Of a stretch of 64,000 nt of DNA, positions 32,892 to 42,126 are shown one piece after another. A program made the position numbers and the translations under genes. Source of the stretch: Pelagibacteraceae bacterium AG-422-N09 (GTDB lineage: Bacteria; Pseudomonadota; Alphaproteobacteria; Pelagibacterales; AG-422-B15); NCBI GenBank assembly GCA_003213515.1, contig QCMV01000007.1:9071-73070 (forward strand). Reading direction: 5' to 3'. Numbering within the stretch: the first letter of the stretch is position 1; every line of letters starts with the position of its first letter. The notes beneath the pieces were generated by a model. That model ran no database searches. It was not told where the DNA came from and saw only the letters and a list, made by a program, of their open reading frames with translations.

Positions 32892-34280
32892 TTAATTCAA
32901 AATTTCATTTAATGCTGTCATCAGGTCAGAGCGATTAATTGTTTGTTGTCCAGCCTTTGCCTCTTTCCATTTTTCTCTATCGACAATATCTTTTGAAACC
33001 TCTTTACCTTTATTTAAATCCTTAATTGATATTTCACCCTTTTTTAACTCTTCATCGCCAGCAATGATCACAATATCTGCACCTTTGCGATCACAATACT
33101 TTAATTGCTTTCCAAGGTTTTTAGATCCAAATGATATTTCGCATACAATACCTTCATTTCTAATTTCTTTAGCCATTGAAATATAATCCGGCATATTTTG
33201 ATCATTTAAATTTGCAATTACCACTAATGGATTTTTCTTATCATCTAAGAGGTCTAATTGCTTTAACGCTACAATTAATCTATCAACACCTATAGATATA
33301 CCAGTAGCTGGAACATCCTCTTTCCCAAATCTTGAAATAAGTCTGTCATATCTTCCGCCTCCAGCAACTGATCCAAATACAATTTTTTCACCTTTCTGAT
33401 TTTTAATATCAACAAGAAGCTCTGCTTCAAAAATCATTCCAGTGTAATAGTCGAGACCGCGAACAACTGATGAGTCAAAACGAATTGGATAATCTGGGAA
33501 ATTTTTTGTATAGGAGTTGAATTCTTCCATCTGGGCGTTTGATTGATTTGAATTGGTTATAAAAGAAATAATTTTATCAGCATCTGTCTCGCTTAAGCCC
33601 ACGCCCTCCATAAAGTCACCAGAGTCATCTTTTCTTCCTTTTTGAAGCAACTCATTCACGCCCTCTATACCTAATCGATCTTTTTTATCTACTGCTCTAA
33701 GAATTTTCGGTAAATCGTCCTCTTTAACATCTAAGTTCGAAAAAAGTTCTGTCCAAATTTCCCTATTTGAAAATTTTATTTCAAATTGTGAAGTATTTAG
33801 GCCAAGCTCAATTAAAATATCACATACCATTACACACAACTCTGCATCAATTAGTGTTGAATCAACTCCCACCACGTCAGCATCAAACTGAAAAAATTCT
33901 CTGTATCTACCTGGTCCTGGTTTTTCATTTCTCCAAACTAGTCCTGATTGATAACGTTTAAATGGCTTAACGAGGTCTTGATAATTTTGAGCTACGTATC
34001 TTGCTAAGGGGGCCGTTAAGTCATACCTCAGTGATAGCCATTTCTTATCATCGTCTTGAAATGAAAATACACCTCCACTAGGCCTGTCTACATCAGGAAG
34101 AAACTTTCCAATGCTCTCAGTATATTCAATTGTGGACGTATCTAATTCAATAAATCCATACTTTAGACATTTCTTCTCTATTATCTTAGATACTTTTTTT
34201 CTAAGATTTAAAATTTCAATAGCACTGTCTTTAAAACCCTTCGGCAAAATTGCCTTTGGATTATTTTTAATTTTACTCAT
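32892..34280 (-). CDS. hisS: Histidyl-tRNA ligase
   Basis: Class II motifs (RYDLTAPLAR, GRYREFFQFD, GGGRYD) plus a C-terminal anticodon-binding domain. Confidence 0.92.
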   Translation of the reverse strand: MSKIKNNPKAILPKGFKDSAIEILNLRKKVSKIIEKKCLKYGFIELDTSTIEYTESIGKFLPDVDRPSGGVFSFQDDDKKWLSLRYDLTAPLARYVAQNYQDLVKPFKRYQSGLVWRNEKPGPGRYREFFQFDADVVGVDSTLIDAELCVMVCDILIELGLNTSQFEIKFSNREIWTELFSNLDVKEDDLPKILRAVDKKDRLGIEGVNELLQKGRKDDSGDFMEGVGLSETDADKIISFITNSNQSNAQMEEFNSYTKNFPDYPIRFDSSVVRGLDYYTGMIFEAELLVDIKNQKGEKIVFGSVAGGGRYDRLISRFGKEDVPATGISIGVDRLIVALKQLDLLDDKKNPLVVIANLNDQNMPDYISMAKEIRNEGIVCEISFGSKNLGKQLKYCDRKGADIVIIAGDEELKKGEISIKDLNKGKEVSKDIVDREKWKEAKAGQQTINRSDLMTALNEILN

Positions 34281-34499
34281 TTTACTCCCACTGTAAGTAA
34301 GATACTACAAAGTGTGTTTATTTAATATAAAAAGGGGTTATTGCCCGCTGATTGTTTTTTTCAGCGAACTTAGATATGATAGTGATGATGTTTAAATTTA
34401 AACATGAAGCTGAAATGCCTTATTTATTAATAAAAGTCAAATAATTTTAAATTTTTCTTAAAGTTTATAATAATTGCACTATTTTTATCGAAAGTAGTT

Positions 34500-35690
34500 A
34501 TGGAAAATGATAGCAAATTGACAGTCACGTATGCCGCCTTAGGTCACTTACTAATGCATATGTTTGCTGCATTCTATTTTGTTATAGTTCTAGCAATTGA
34601 AGACGACTGGAAGCTTAGCTACGATGAATTACTAAATCTTTGGTTTTTAGGATCTTTACTTGTGGGTTTGGGAGCCCTTCCTGCAGGATGGATCAGTGAT
34701 AAATGGAGTCGTTCTGGAATGATTGCAATTATGTTCATTGGCTTGGGAATTAGTTCATTATTATGTGGCTTGAGCGGAAATAAAGTTTCTTTATTTATCA
34801 GTTTATCATTACTTGGATTGTTTTGCGCTATCTATCATCCTGCTGGAATTTCATGGGTTGTTAACACTTCAAAGGAAACTGGTAAAGCGCTTGGCTTTAA
34901 TAATATTTTTGGGGGAGTAGGTATTGGATTAGGTGCCTTTTTTGCAGGAGTATTAATTGAACAAATTAATTGGCAAGCTGCCTTTATGCTGCCAGGATTG
35001 ATCTCATTAGTAGTTGGACTAAGTCTAACCTATCATCTTAAATCAGGAAAGATATCATTAAAGAATATATCTTCAGAGCAGTTTAAAGATAATCCTGAAA
35101 AAAATCAGATGCTAAAAATTGCAATTATTATGCTGTTAAGTATTACATGTTTGAGCTTTGTTTATCAAATTCTTCAGACAAGTCTTCCAAAGGCAATTGA
35201 TATCAGACTTACTGATAGTCTTGATTTATCTACTTCAGATATCGGTTACATAGTTGCTGCTATATATATTGTAAGTGGTTTAATGAATTATGTTGGAGGT
35301 ATTTTAACAGATAAATATTCTGAAAAGCTGATTTATTCAATTGGAATAGTTGGCCAAGGTGTCCTCTTGCTCTTAATTGTTAGTCTTTCAAATTACTGGT
35401 TAATTGCAATAAGTCTTGCAATCGTTGCTTTTAATTCAAGTATACTGCCTGCAGAAAATTTGTTACTTGCAAAATTTTCACCTGAAAAATATCAAAGCCT
35501 AGTCTACGGTATTAAATTTATTGTATCATTTACAGTTGGTCCTATTGCACTGATCATGATTTCGAGAAGCTATGATTTAACTGGTGAATTTGGTGTACTC
35601 TACTTAGCTTTTGGGTTTGTGATGATAATTATGTTTCTGATTGTATTAACTCTACCTGTAAAAAAAGTAATTACTGGTACAGCTGGGTAG
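34500..35690 (+). CDS. MFS transporter
   Basis: About 12 predicted TM helices and a GWISDKWSRSG loop 2-3 motif. The last 16 nt overlap tRNA-His on the other strand. Confidence 0.75.
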   Translation: MENDSKLTVTYAALGHLLMHMFAAFYFVIVLAIEDDWKLSYDELLNLWFLGSLLVGLGALPAGWISDKWSRSGMIAIMFIGLGISSLLCGLSGNKVSLFISLSLLGLFCAIYHPAGISWVVNTSKETGKALGFNNIFGGVGIGLGAFFAGVLIEQINWQAAFMLPGLISLVVGLSLTYHLKSGKISLKNISSEQFKDNPEKNQMLKIAIIMLLSITCLSFVYQILQTSLPKAIDIRLTDSLDLSTSDIGYIVAAIYIVSGLMNYVGGILTDKYSEKLIYSIGIVGQGVLLLLIVSLSNYWLIAISLAIVAFNSSILPAENLLLAKFSPEKYQSLVYGIKFIVSFTVGPIALIMISRSYDLTGEFGVLYLAFGFVMIIMFLIVLTLPVKKVITGTAG

Positions 35691-35751
35691 ATTCGAACTA
35701 CCGACCTCCTGAACCACAACCAGGCGCTCTAACCAACTGAGCTACAGCTGC
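35675..35751 (-). tRNA. tRNA-His (anticodon GUG), no encoded G-1, G1:U72, A73, CCA encoded
   Basis: Hand-folded cloverleaf: GCAGCUG-UA-GCUC-AGUUGGUUA-GAGC-G-CCUGG-UUGUGGU-UCAGG-AGGUC-GGUAG-UUCGAAU-CUACC-CAGCUGU-A-CCA. Confidence 0.9.
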
Positions 35752-35756
35752 ATAAG

Positions 35757-35832
35757 TGGTGGCTCGAGGTGGAATTGAACCACCGACACAAGGATTTTCA
35801 GTCCTTTGCTCTACCAACTGAGCTATCGAGCC
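35757..35832 (-). tRNA. tRNA-Phe (anticodon GAA), CCA encoded
   Basis: Hand-folded cloverleaf: GGCUCGA-UA-GCUC-AGUUGGUA-GAGC-A-AAGGA-CUGAAAA-UCCUU-GUGUC-GGUGG-UUCAAUU-CCACC-UCGAGCC-A-CCA. Confidence 0.92.
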
Positions 35833-35901
35833 ATTTAATTAGTGATCCTAGTCTTTTATTCTATAACATTAATTCGTGCAAAGAAAATATTCTGAATACA
35901 G

Positions 35902-36258
35902 TTAATCCAGAAAAACCTTTAATCTACTGATTAATTGGTCAACATTATCAAATGAATTCATCTCATGGGAATTAATTATTAATTTAAATTCATCCTTCTC
36001 ATTAATAAAAACACATGGTAGCTCTGTTTTCTCATCAACAAAATCAAGTTCTTTTAGATGATCAATATAGTAAAATCGGCTATGTAGATTTATATTATTA
36101 AGAAATTCTTTCCACTTTATTTCTTTGCCTAAATTATTGTATGTAATTGAGCATAAGTTGCAGTCATAAGTTTTTGGCGATATTATTTTATGTGCCCAAT
36201 CTATAAACGCATTTCCGATACCACTTTTTGCATTATAAATAAAAATTAATTCCGTCAT
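35902..36258 (-). CDS. Hypothetical small protein with a CxxC motif (possibly thioredoxin-like fold)
   Basis: 118-aa ORF overlapping the maf stop by 4 nt. Has a CNLC motif. No family recognised with certainty. Confidence 0.5.
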   Translation of the reverse strand: MTELIFIYNAKSGIGNAFIDWAHKIISPKTYDCNLCSITYNNLGKEIKWKEFLNNINLHSRFYYIDHLKELDFVDEKTELPCVFINEKDEFKLIINSHEMNSFDNVDQLISRLKVFLD

Positions 36259-36821
36259 TTATATCCAGCTGAAATAAGGAGGTTTTTCACTTCAAATAAG
36301 GGTAAACCGACTACATTTGAGTAAGATCCATTTAGAGCTTTGATAAAAGACTCTGCCATACCTTGAATTTTATATGACCCTGCAACACCTTGCCAGTCAT
36401 TAGTTTTCATATAATCTTCTATATCTTGACCGCTTAAAACTTTAAAACTAACAACTGTCGTAACAGTTTTTTTAAATATTCTATTTTCTAGATTTCTTAT
36501 ACAAATGGAAGTGCTGACTCTATGTCTTTTTCCCGATAGTCGAAGTAAGTTTTTATAAGCAATATTTTCGTCATCTGTTTTATCTATGAGTTTCCTACCA
36601 GTATAGGCAATCGTATCAGCAGTTAAAATTACTGAGTCTTTATACTTATTTTGAAATTGTTTTAGTTTCTCATGTGCTATGCGTTTACAATAGTGAAGAG
36701 GCAGCTCCTTACTTTTAATGGATTCATCAATATTTGGGGAAACTATCTCGCTTGGATGAATGTTAAGTTTTGCTAATAACTCAAGTCTTCGTGGAGATGC
36801 GCTGCCTAGAATTAGCTTCAA
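36255..36821 (-). CDS. maf: Maf-like nucleoside triphosphate pyrophosphatase
   Basis: ILGSASPRRLELL N-terminal motif and GAYGIQG-like SYKIQG region. Confidence 0.85.
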   Translation of the reverse strand: MKLILGSASPRRLELLAKLNIHPSEIVSPNIDESIKSKELPLHYCKRIAHEKLKQFQNKYKDSVILTADTIAYTGRKLIDKTDDENIAYKNLLRLSGKRHRVSTSICIRNLENRIFKKTVTTVVSFKVLSGQDIEDYMKTNDWQGVAGSYKIQGMAESFIKALNGSYSNVVGLPLFEVKNLLISAGYK

Positions 36822-36833
36822 AATAATCTCAAA

Positions 36834-37052
36834 CTACTTATATCGAAATATTATTCTGCCTTTGGTTAGATCGTAAGGTGTAACCTGAACAAGAACCTCA
36901 TCTCCGGCAAGTACTCTGATTCTATTTTTTCTCATTCTTCCTGCTGTATGAGCTAATACTTCATGGCCATTTTCTAACTCTACTTTAAACATTGCGTTGG
37001 GAAGTAAATCTGTAACCTTACCCTTAAATTCTAATATTTCTTCTTTTGACAT
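36834..37052 (-). CDS. infA: Translation initiation factor IF-1
   Basis: 72-aa S1-like protein, ...[37 protein letters not shown]... Confidence 0.95.
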   Translation of the reverse strand: MSKEEILEFKGKVTDLLPNAMFKVELENGHEVLAHTAGRMRKNRIRVLAGDEVLVQVTPYDLTKGRIIFRYK

Positions 37053-37055
37053 AAA

Positions 37056-38351
37056 TTATTTTTTTGTAAGTCTATACTCTATTGATCTTGAATGTCCGTC
37101 AAGACCTTCGTTGTCTGCAATTTTAATAGCACTATCTCCTACTTGTTCAATACCTTCTTTTGAAAATTCAACAAGTGATATTTTTTTGAGAAAATCATAA
37201 ACAGATAGTCCAGAAGAAAATTTAGCACTTCTAGAAGTGGGAAGTACGTGGCTTGGGCCTGCTAAATAGTCTCCAAGTGCCTCAGGTGTATTGCGACCCA
37301 TAAAAACTGCTCCAGCATTTTTTATTCTTTTAAGAATATCATCCGGATTATCAACTAATAATTCCAAGTGTTCTGGTGCTAATTTATTAGATAATAAAAC
37401 AGCTTCTTCAAGATTTTGAGTGATAATTATCTTTCCATTATTTTTCCAGCTTGAAGCCGCTATATCCTTTCGAGGTAGTGACTCTATCTGGTTCTCGACT
37501 TCTTTATTTACTGCATCTCCTAATTTCTGATCGGTTGTTAAAAGAATACTTTGTGCGCTTTGGTCATGTTCAGCTTGAGCGATGAGGTCGGCTGCAACAA
37601 TTTTTGGATCATTTTTTTCATCAGCAATAATGACTACCTCTGATGGGCCGGCAAACATATCGATGCCTATGAAACCTGAAACTTGTCTTTTTGCTTCAGC
37701 AACATAAACATTGCCTGGTCCAACAATTTTATTAACAGATTTTATGGTCTTGGTTCCATATGCCAGAGCAGCAACAGCCTGGGCACCTCCTATACAGTAT
37801 ATTTTTTTTATTCCACAAATTTTTGCCGCATATAACACTGAAGGACTTATAGCGGTATTAGTCATTGGTGTAACCATGGTGATATCTTCAACACCGGCTA
37901 CAACCGCTGGTATTGCATTCATTATTACTGTACTTGGATAACTTGCAGTACCGCCTGGGACATAAATACCCACTGACTCTACTGGACGCCAAACATATCC
38001 TAATTTTGAGTTAAGATTATCTTCGTAAACTAAATCATTTGGTAATTGTTTTTCATGATAAGTGCGAACACGATCCATTGATACTTTAAGCGCATCACAA
38101 AGATCACTCGGTACATCACGTGATTGCTTTTCAATTTCATCTTCTCCAAGCAGTATGTTGTTAATATCAAGGCTATTCTTATCAAATTGATGAGTATATT
38201 TCAAAAGTGCTTCATCTCCATTTTTTCTAATATCATCGATGATTGCTGCCACAGTCTGAGTAACATCCGAGTCACTTGATCTGTTCATTGTAAGAAGATT
38301 ATTAAAATCATTCTCAAAATTTTGTTCTGCAGAATTAATTATTTTTGTCAT
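37056..38351 (-). CDS. hisD: Histidinol dehydrogenase
   Basis: 431 aa with GGAQAVAALAYGT, AGPSEV, QAEHD, DYLAGPSHVLPT motifs. Confidence 0.95.
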   Translation of the reverse strand: MTKIINSAEQNFENDFNNLLTMNRSSDSDVTQTVAAIIDDIRKNGDEALLKYTHQFDKNSLDINNILLGEDEIEKQSRDVPSDLCDALKVSMDRVRTYHEKQLPNDLVYEDNLNSKLGYVWRPVESVGIYVPGGTASYPSTVIMNAIPAVVAGVEDITMVTPMTNTAISPSVLYAAKICGIKKIYCIGGAQAVAALAYGTKTIKSVNKIVGPGNVYVAEAKRQVSGFIGIDMFAGPSEVVIIADEKNDPKIVAADLIAQAEHDQSAQSILLTTDQKLGDAVNKEVENQIESLPRKDIAASSWKNNGKIIITQNLEEAVLLSNKLAPEHLELLVDNPDDILKRIKNAGAVFMGRNTPEALGDYLAGPSHVLPTSRSAKFSSGLSVYDFLKKISLVEFSKEGIEQVGDSAIKIADNEGLDGHSRSIEYRLTKK

Positions 38352-38757
38352 TTTCTATTTTTTCAATATTCCAGGGTTCACCCTGATCTTCTAACTTGCA
38401 TCTTATTATTTCGGTTTCGAGCTTTATAATTGCATCATTTTTGAAAAGCAATTCAATTTCTATATTTTTAGAATTGTTAGGATAATAATTAAAAGTTACG
38501 AGCTCAAGTGTCTTATTTTTGTTCAATTGATCTATATTTTTTGAGTAAACCGATAAAACATCCTCAAAGCTTAGTACTGCTTTTATTCTTTGATCTACTT
38601 TATTTACTATTTTTTCCTCCCACATAAATCTAGTAATCATAAGAAAAAATGACCTAATTGAAGGTAAATATTTAATATCATTAACTTCAATGAGTCCGTC
38701 CTGAAGTATGGTCGATATAATTTTTAGCTCATCAGTATCAATTGCATTAAGATTCAT
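38335..38757 (-). CDS. DUF2948-like conserved alphaproteobacterial protein
   Basis: 140-aa ORF in the conserved slot between murA and hisD. The family name is recalled from synteny, not searched. Confidence 0.55.
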   Translation of the reverse strand: MNLNAIDTDELKIISTILQDGLIEVNDIKYLPSIRSFFLMITRFMWEEKIVNKVDQRIKAVLSFEDVLSVYSKNIDQLNKNKTLELVTFNYYPNNSKNIEIELLFKNDAIIKLETEIIRCKLEDQGEPWNIEKIENDKNN

Positions 38758-38762
38758 TTATC

Positions 38763-40025
38763 CTAATTTATTCTCCGAATATCTGCACCACAAGCTTGCA
38801 ATTTTTGCTCTATTTTTTCATAACCTCGATCAAGATGATAAATTCGGTTAAGTATTGTTTCACCTTTAGCAACCAATCCAGCTAAAATTAAACTTACCGA
38901 AGCCCGTAAATCAGTTGCCATGACTTGAGCTGAAATAAACTCTTTACATGGATTAATAATTGCTGTTTTACCATTGATTTCAATATTAGCGCCCATGCGG
39001 TTTAATTCTGGAACGTGCATGAATCTGTTTTCAAAAATATTTTCAGTTATTTGTGATTTGGATTTTCCAAGAGATAATAAGACCATCATTTGTGCCTGAA
39101 CATCAGTTGGGAACCCTGGATATTCCATTGTATTAATATCAATACCATCAGAGATCTCAGATTGATTAACAACAATGCTATTTTCACCCATTGAGTAATT
39201 AATAGACAGCTCATTCAATAATTCCAATACATTGCTGATATGCTCAAGGTTCAGATTTGTAATCTTGAGATCGTTACCAATTATAGTTCCTCCAATTATA
39301 TATGTGATTGCCTCTATGCGATCAGGGATAATCGAGTGGACAGTGCCTTGGAGTTGGTCAACACCTTGAATATGAACATTTCTATTTTCTCCTAATTCGA
39401 TTTTAGCACCCATTTTATTAAGACAGTCTATAAGGTCCATAACCTCAGGCTCAACTGCGATATTTCTAATTTCACTTTCTCCTCTAGCAAGCGATGCAGC
39501 CATAATTATGTTTTCAGTAGCTCCTACTGATACTTTTGAAAAATTAATTTTATTTCCTTTTAAGCCATTAGGAGCGCTACATTTAATATATCCACCATCT
39601 AATTCAAATGCTGCGCCAAGTTTCGTCAATGCATCTATGTGCAAATCTACTGGTCGAGCACCTATTGCGCACCCCCCTGGAAGAGATACGCTAGCGTGTC
39701 TTTTGCGTGCAAGTAATGGTCCAAGAACTAATATACTAGCCCTCATCTTTCTAACTAAATCGTACTCCGCTATTGTACTTTCAGAGTCTGAATAACAAAG
39801 TGTAAGACAATTTGTTTTAGCATCTTTTTTTGTAACATTAACACCAAGCGATGATAAAACCGCTGACATTGTATTTACATCAACTAAATCTGGTACGTTT
39901 TCGAGTTCTAAATTTTCATTAGTAAGAATACTTGCGGCCATTATTGGGAGAGATGCATTTTTTGATCCACTCACAGGAACAGAACCCTGGAGAAGGTTTC
40001 CTCCATTTATCAATATTTTTTGCAT
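38763..40025 (-). CDS. murA: UDP-N-acetylglucosamine 1-carboxyvinyltransferase
   Basis: GSKNASLPIMAA, LPGGCAIGARPVDLH (catalytic Cys), ATDLRAS motifs. Confidence 0.95.
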   Translation of the reverse strand: MQKILINGGNLLQGSVPVSGSKNASLPIMAASILTNENLELENVPDLVDVNTMSAVLSSLGVNVTKKDAKTNCLTLCYSDSESTIAEYDLVRKMRASILVLGPLLARKRHASVSLPGGCAIGARPVDLHIDALTKLGAAFELDGGYIKCSAPNGLKGNKINFSKVSVGATENIIMAASLARGESEIRNIAVEPEVMDLIDCLNKMGAKIELGENRNVHIQGVDQLQGTVHSIIPDRIEAITYIIGGTIIGNDLKITNLNLEHISNVLELLNELSINYSMGENSIVVNQSEISDGIDINTMEYPGFPTDVQAQMMVLLSLGKSKSQITENIFENRFMHVPELNRMGANIEINGKTAIINPCKEFISAQVMATDLRASVSLILAGLVAKGETILNRIYHLDRGYEKIEQKLQACGADIRRIN

Positions 40026-40032
40026 GAACGAT

Positions 40033-40587
40033 TTAAAGCTTAGGTAAAGTAACCCCTTTTTGCATCATATATTTACCTTTACGATCTTTATATGAAACTT
40101 CTGGTGGCGCTTCTCCCTTATAGAATAAAAACTGGCAGGCTCCCTCATTAGCATAAATTTTTGCAGGTAATGGAGTTGTGTTAGAAAATTCTAAAGTTAC
40201 ATGACCCTCCCACTCTGGCTCGAGAGGAGTAACATTTACGATAATACCACATCTTGCATAAGTTGATTTTCCCAAACAAATTACAAGCACATCGCGAGGA
40301 ATTCTAAAATACTCAACGGTTCTTGCTAATGCAAATGAGTTAGGTGGAATTATGCACTCTTTACCTGGCCGATCTACAAACCCTTTATCATCAAAGTTTT
40401 TTGGATCGACTAAAGCAGAATCTACATTGGTAAAAATTTTAAATTCTTCTGAAACTCTTGCATCGTATCCATATGATGAAAGACCAAATGAAATTGTGCC
40501 TTCTTTTTTTTGTCCATCAACGAACGGTTCAATCATTCCTTCTTCTAAGGCTTTTTTCTTTATCCAGTTATCCGACATGATTGTCAT
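40033..40587 (-). CDS. dcd: dCTP deaminase
   Basis: 184 aa. The [18 protein letters not shown] and LEF.N regions are typical of Dcd. Confidence 0.92.
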   Translation of the reverse strand: MTIMSDNWIKKKALEEGMIEPFVDGQKKEGTISFGLSSYGYDARVSEEFKIFTNVDSALVDPKNFDDKGFVDRPGKECIIPPNSFALARTVEYFRIPRDVLVICLGKSTYARCGIIVNVTPLEPEWEGHVTLEFSNTTPLPAKIYANEGACQFLFYKGEAPPEVSYKDRKGKYMMQKGVTLPKL

Positions 40588-40588
40588 A

Positions 40589-40723
40589 TTAATCTTCTTT
40601 CTTTTGCCTTCTTTGAAACTCTTTTCTTTTTCTTAAATTTTGCCTTAGTGCCTCAGCAAGCCTTTCTGTGCTGTCGAGCTTTTTATCCTTTTGCTCTTCC
40701 TTCGAGGAATTGTTTGATTTCAT
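40589..40723 (-). CDS. Candidate 44-aa Lys/Arg/Glu-rich small ORF, stop 1 nt before the dcd ATG
   Basis: ATG 40723 ... TAA 40589-40591, translating to [44 protein letters not shown]. It overlaps the 3' end of ORF 40683-40904 in another frame. Below the track's length cut-off. Confidence 0.3.
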   Translation of the reverse strand: MKSNNSSKEEQKDKKLDSTERLAEALRQNLRKRKEFQRRQKKED

Positions 40724-40904
40724 CTTTATTTAACCCTGCTTTTTTTAATTCTTTGATGAGCTTTTCTTCTTCTTTTTTATCCGTGTTATCGGAAAACTTA
40801 GCCTCACGTTTCTGTTGCTTGGCCATTGCTCTCTCCCCACGTTTTGATTTATAATCGTGATGAATACCCATAATTAACTCCATGAATTGCGCTACTTTAT
40901 ACAA
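40683..40904 (-). CDS. Candidate small basic protein (true start may be ATG 40871 or 40826)
   Basis: 73-aa track ORF. The internal ATGs at MGIHH... and MAKQQ... are each preceded by GGAG-type SD sequences. No family recognised. Confidence 0.35.
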   Translation of the reverse strand: MYKVAQFMELIMGIHHDYKSKRGERAMAKQQKREAKFSDNTDKKEEEKLIKELKKAGLNKDEIKQFLEGRAKG

Positions 40905-40956
40905 TATTTAATGGATTCTCTAGTAAAAACAAGGGACGCTCATTCCCAGTTATCTG

Positions 40957-42126
40957 CTACTCTTTTATGAATAAATCGCTTGAGAAATCTGAAAACTTTT
41001 CTGAGCCACTTTCTGTAACACGTAATGAGTGACTTGCCTCTACTCCCCAATCACCAAATTGCATAACAGCTATCATATGAAAGGTTACATTTGGTTGTAA
41101 AATAGTTGGATCACCTTTTGATATGTTTATTGTGTGCTCACCCCAATCAGGTGGATAACCAATTCCAATGGAGTATCCAGTCCGAGATTCCTTTTTGATA
41201 TCGTATTTATCTAATACTGCCCAAAATTTTTGCGCAACATCATCTGCTGTATTGCCTGGCTTTATGGCTGATATACCCTCATTTAGCGCCTCATTAGTTG
41301 CATTTATGGCGTCAATTTTTTTTTGTTCTGCTTTTCCAAGCAGAACTGTTCTTGCAAGTGGTGCATGATACCTTTTATAAACACCGGCAATTTCAATTAT
41401 TGTTGCTTCGCCCTTAATAAATCTTTCCTGCGTAGCCGTTAGATGTGAGGCAGAAGTCCCAGCTCCAGTTGGAAGTAAAGTTGCTATACTTGAATATTCT
41501 CCTCCATACTCTGGAGTTCCATAAAACATTGCTTTTTGTATCTCTCCAACTGCATCACATTGTCTAACACCTGGATTGATAACATCAATTGCAGTTTGCA
41601 TTGATTTATCAGTAATTAAAGCGGCGTTTTTCATTAGATCAATTTCTGCATCTGATTTCACAAATCGTACCCAATTCACAAGGCGCTCACAATCTTTCAG
41701 CGTGGCATCAGGAAGCCCATCTAATAATTTTTTATAACAAAATGCCGTGAAATAATGACTGTCCATTTCAAGTCCAATTGAAAGTTTGTCCCAATTTTTA
41801 TTTTTAATTATTTCAATCAAATAATCATAAGGATGATTTGGCCATGTGTGTATATATTTTTCAGCGTAAACAATGATATTTTCTTGTGACCAGCAGTTTT
41901 GAAGGAATGCCCCTCCAGCATCTTGATCACGCACGAAAAGTAAAGGTTCTTCTGAATCTATATGTATAATTACACATTGAGCATAATAAAAAGACCATGC
42001 ATCATAACCGGTAAGGTAATTTATGTTTGCTGTATCTTGAGAGACTAATAAATCAATACCTTTTTCTTGCATTGATTTTTTTACTTTATTTAGTCTTTCA
42101 ATATACTCACTTTTAGAAAATATCAT
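40957..42126 (-). CDS. M24-family metallopeptidase/hydrolase with creatinase-type N-domain (Xaa-Pro peptidase / creatinase / ectoine-hydrolase-like)
   Basis: 389 aa. Creatinase/prolidase N-terminal domain plus a pita-bread C-domain (GYSIGIGYPPDWGEH, HMIAV). Confidence 0.75.
   Translation of the reverse strand: MIFSKSEYIERLNKVKKSMQEKGIDLLVSQDTANINYLTGYDAWSFYYAQCVIIHIDSEEPLLFVRDQDAGGAFLQNCWSQENIIVYAEKYIHTWPNHPYDYLIEIIKNKNWDKLSIGLEMDSHYFTAFCYKKLLDGLPDATLKDCERLVNWVRFVKSDAEIDLMKNAALITDKSMQTAIDVINPGVRQCDAVGEIQKAMFYGTPEYGGEYSSIATLLPTGAGTSASHLTATQERFIKGEATIIEIAGVYKRYHAPLARTVLLGKAEQKKIDAINATNEALNEGISAIKPGNTADDVAQKFWAVLDKYDIKKESRTGYSIGIGYPPDWGEHTINISKGDPTILQPNVTFHMIAVMQFGDWGVEASHSLRVTESGSEKFSDFSSDLFIKE

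Noticed and set aside
34346-34366. Hairpin CGCTGA-ttgtttttt-TCAGCG in the hisS / MFS divergent spacer
   Set aside because: The stem is only 6 bp and no T-run follows on either strand. The site lies between two divergent starts, where a terminator makes no sense. This is too weak to call as an operator or riboswitch.
35675-35690. 16-nt overlap between the MFS transporter stop region and the 3' end of tRNA-His on the opposite strand
   Set aside because: This is most simply explained by the ORF running on by chance into the tRNA until the first stop. The tRNA fold is unambiguous, and the overlap does not indicate a special element.
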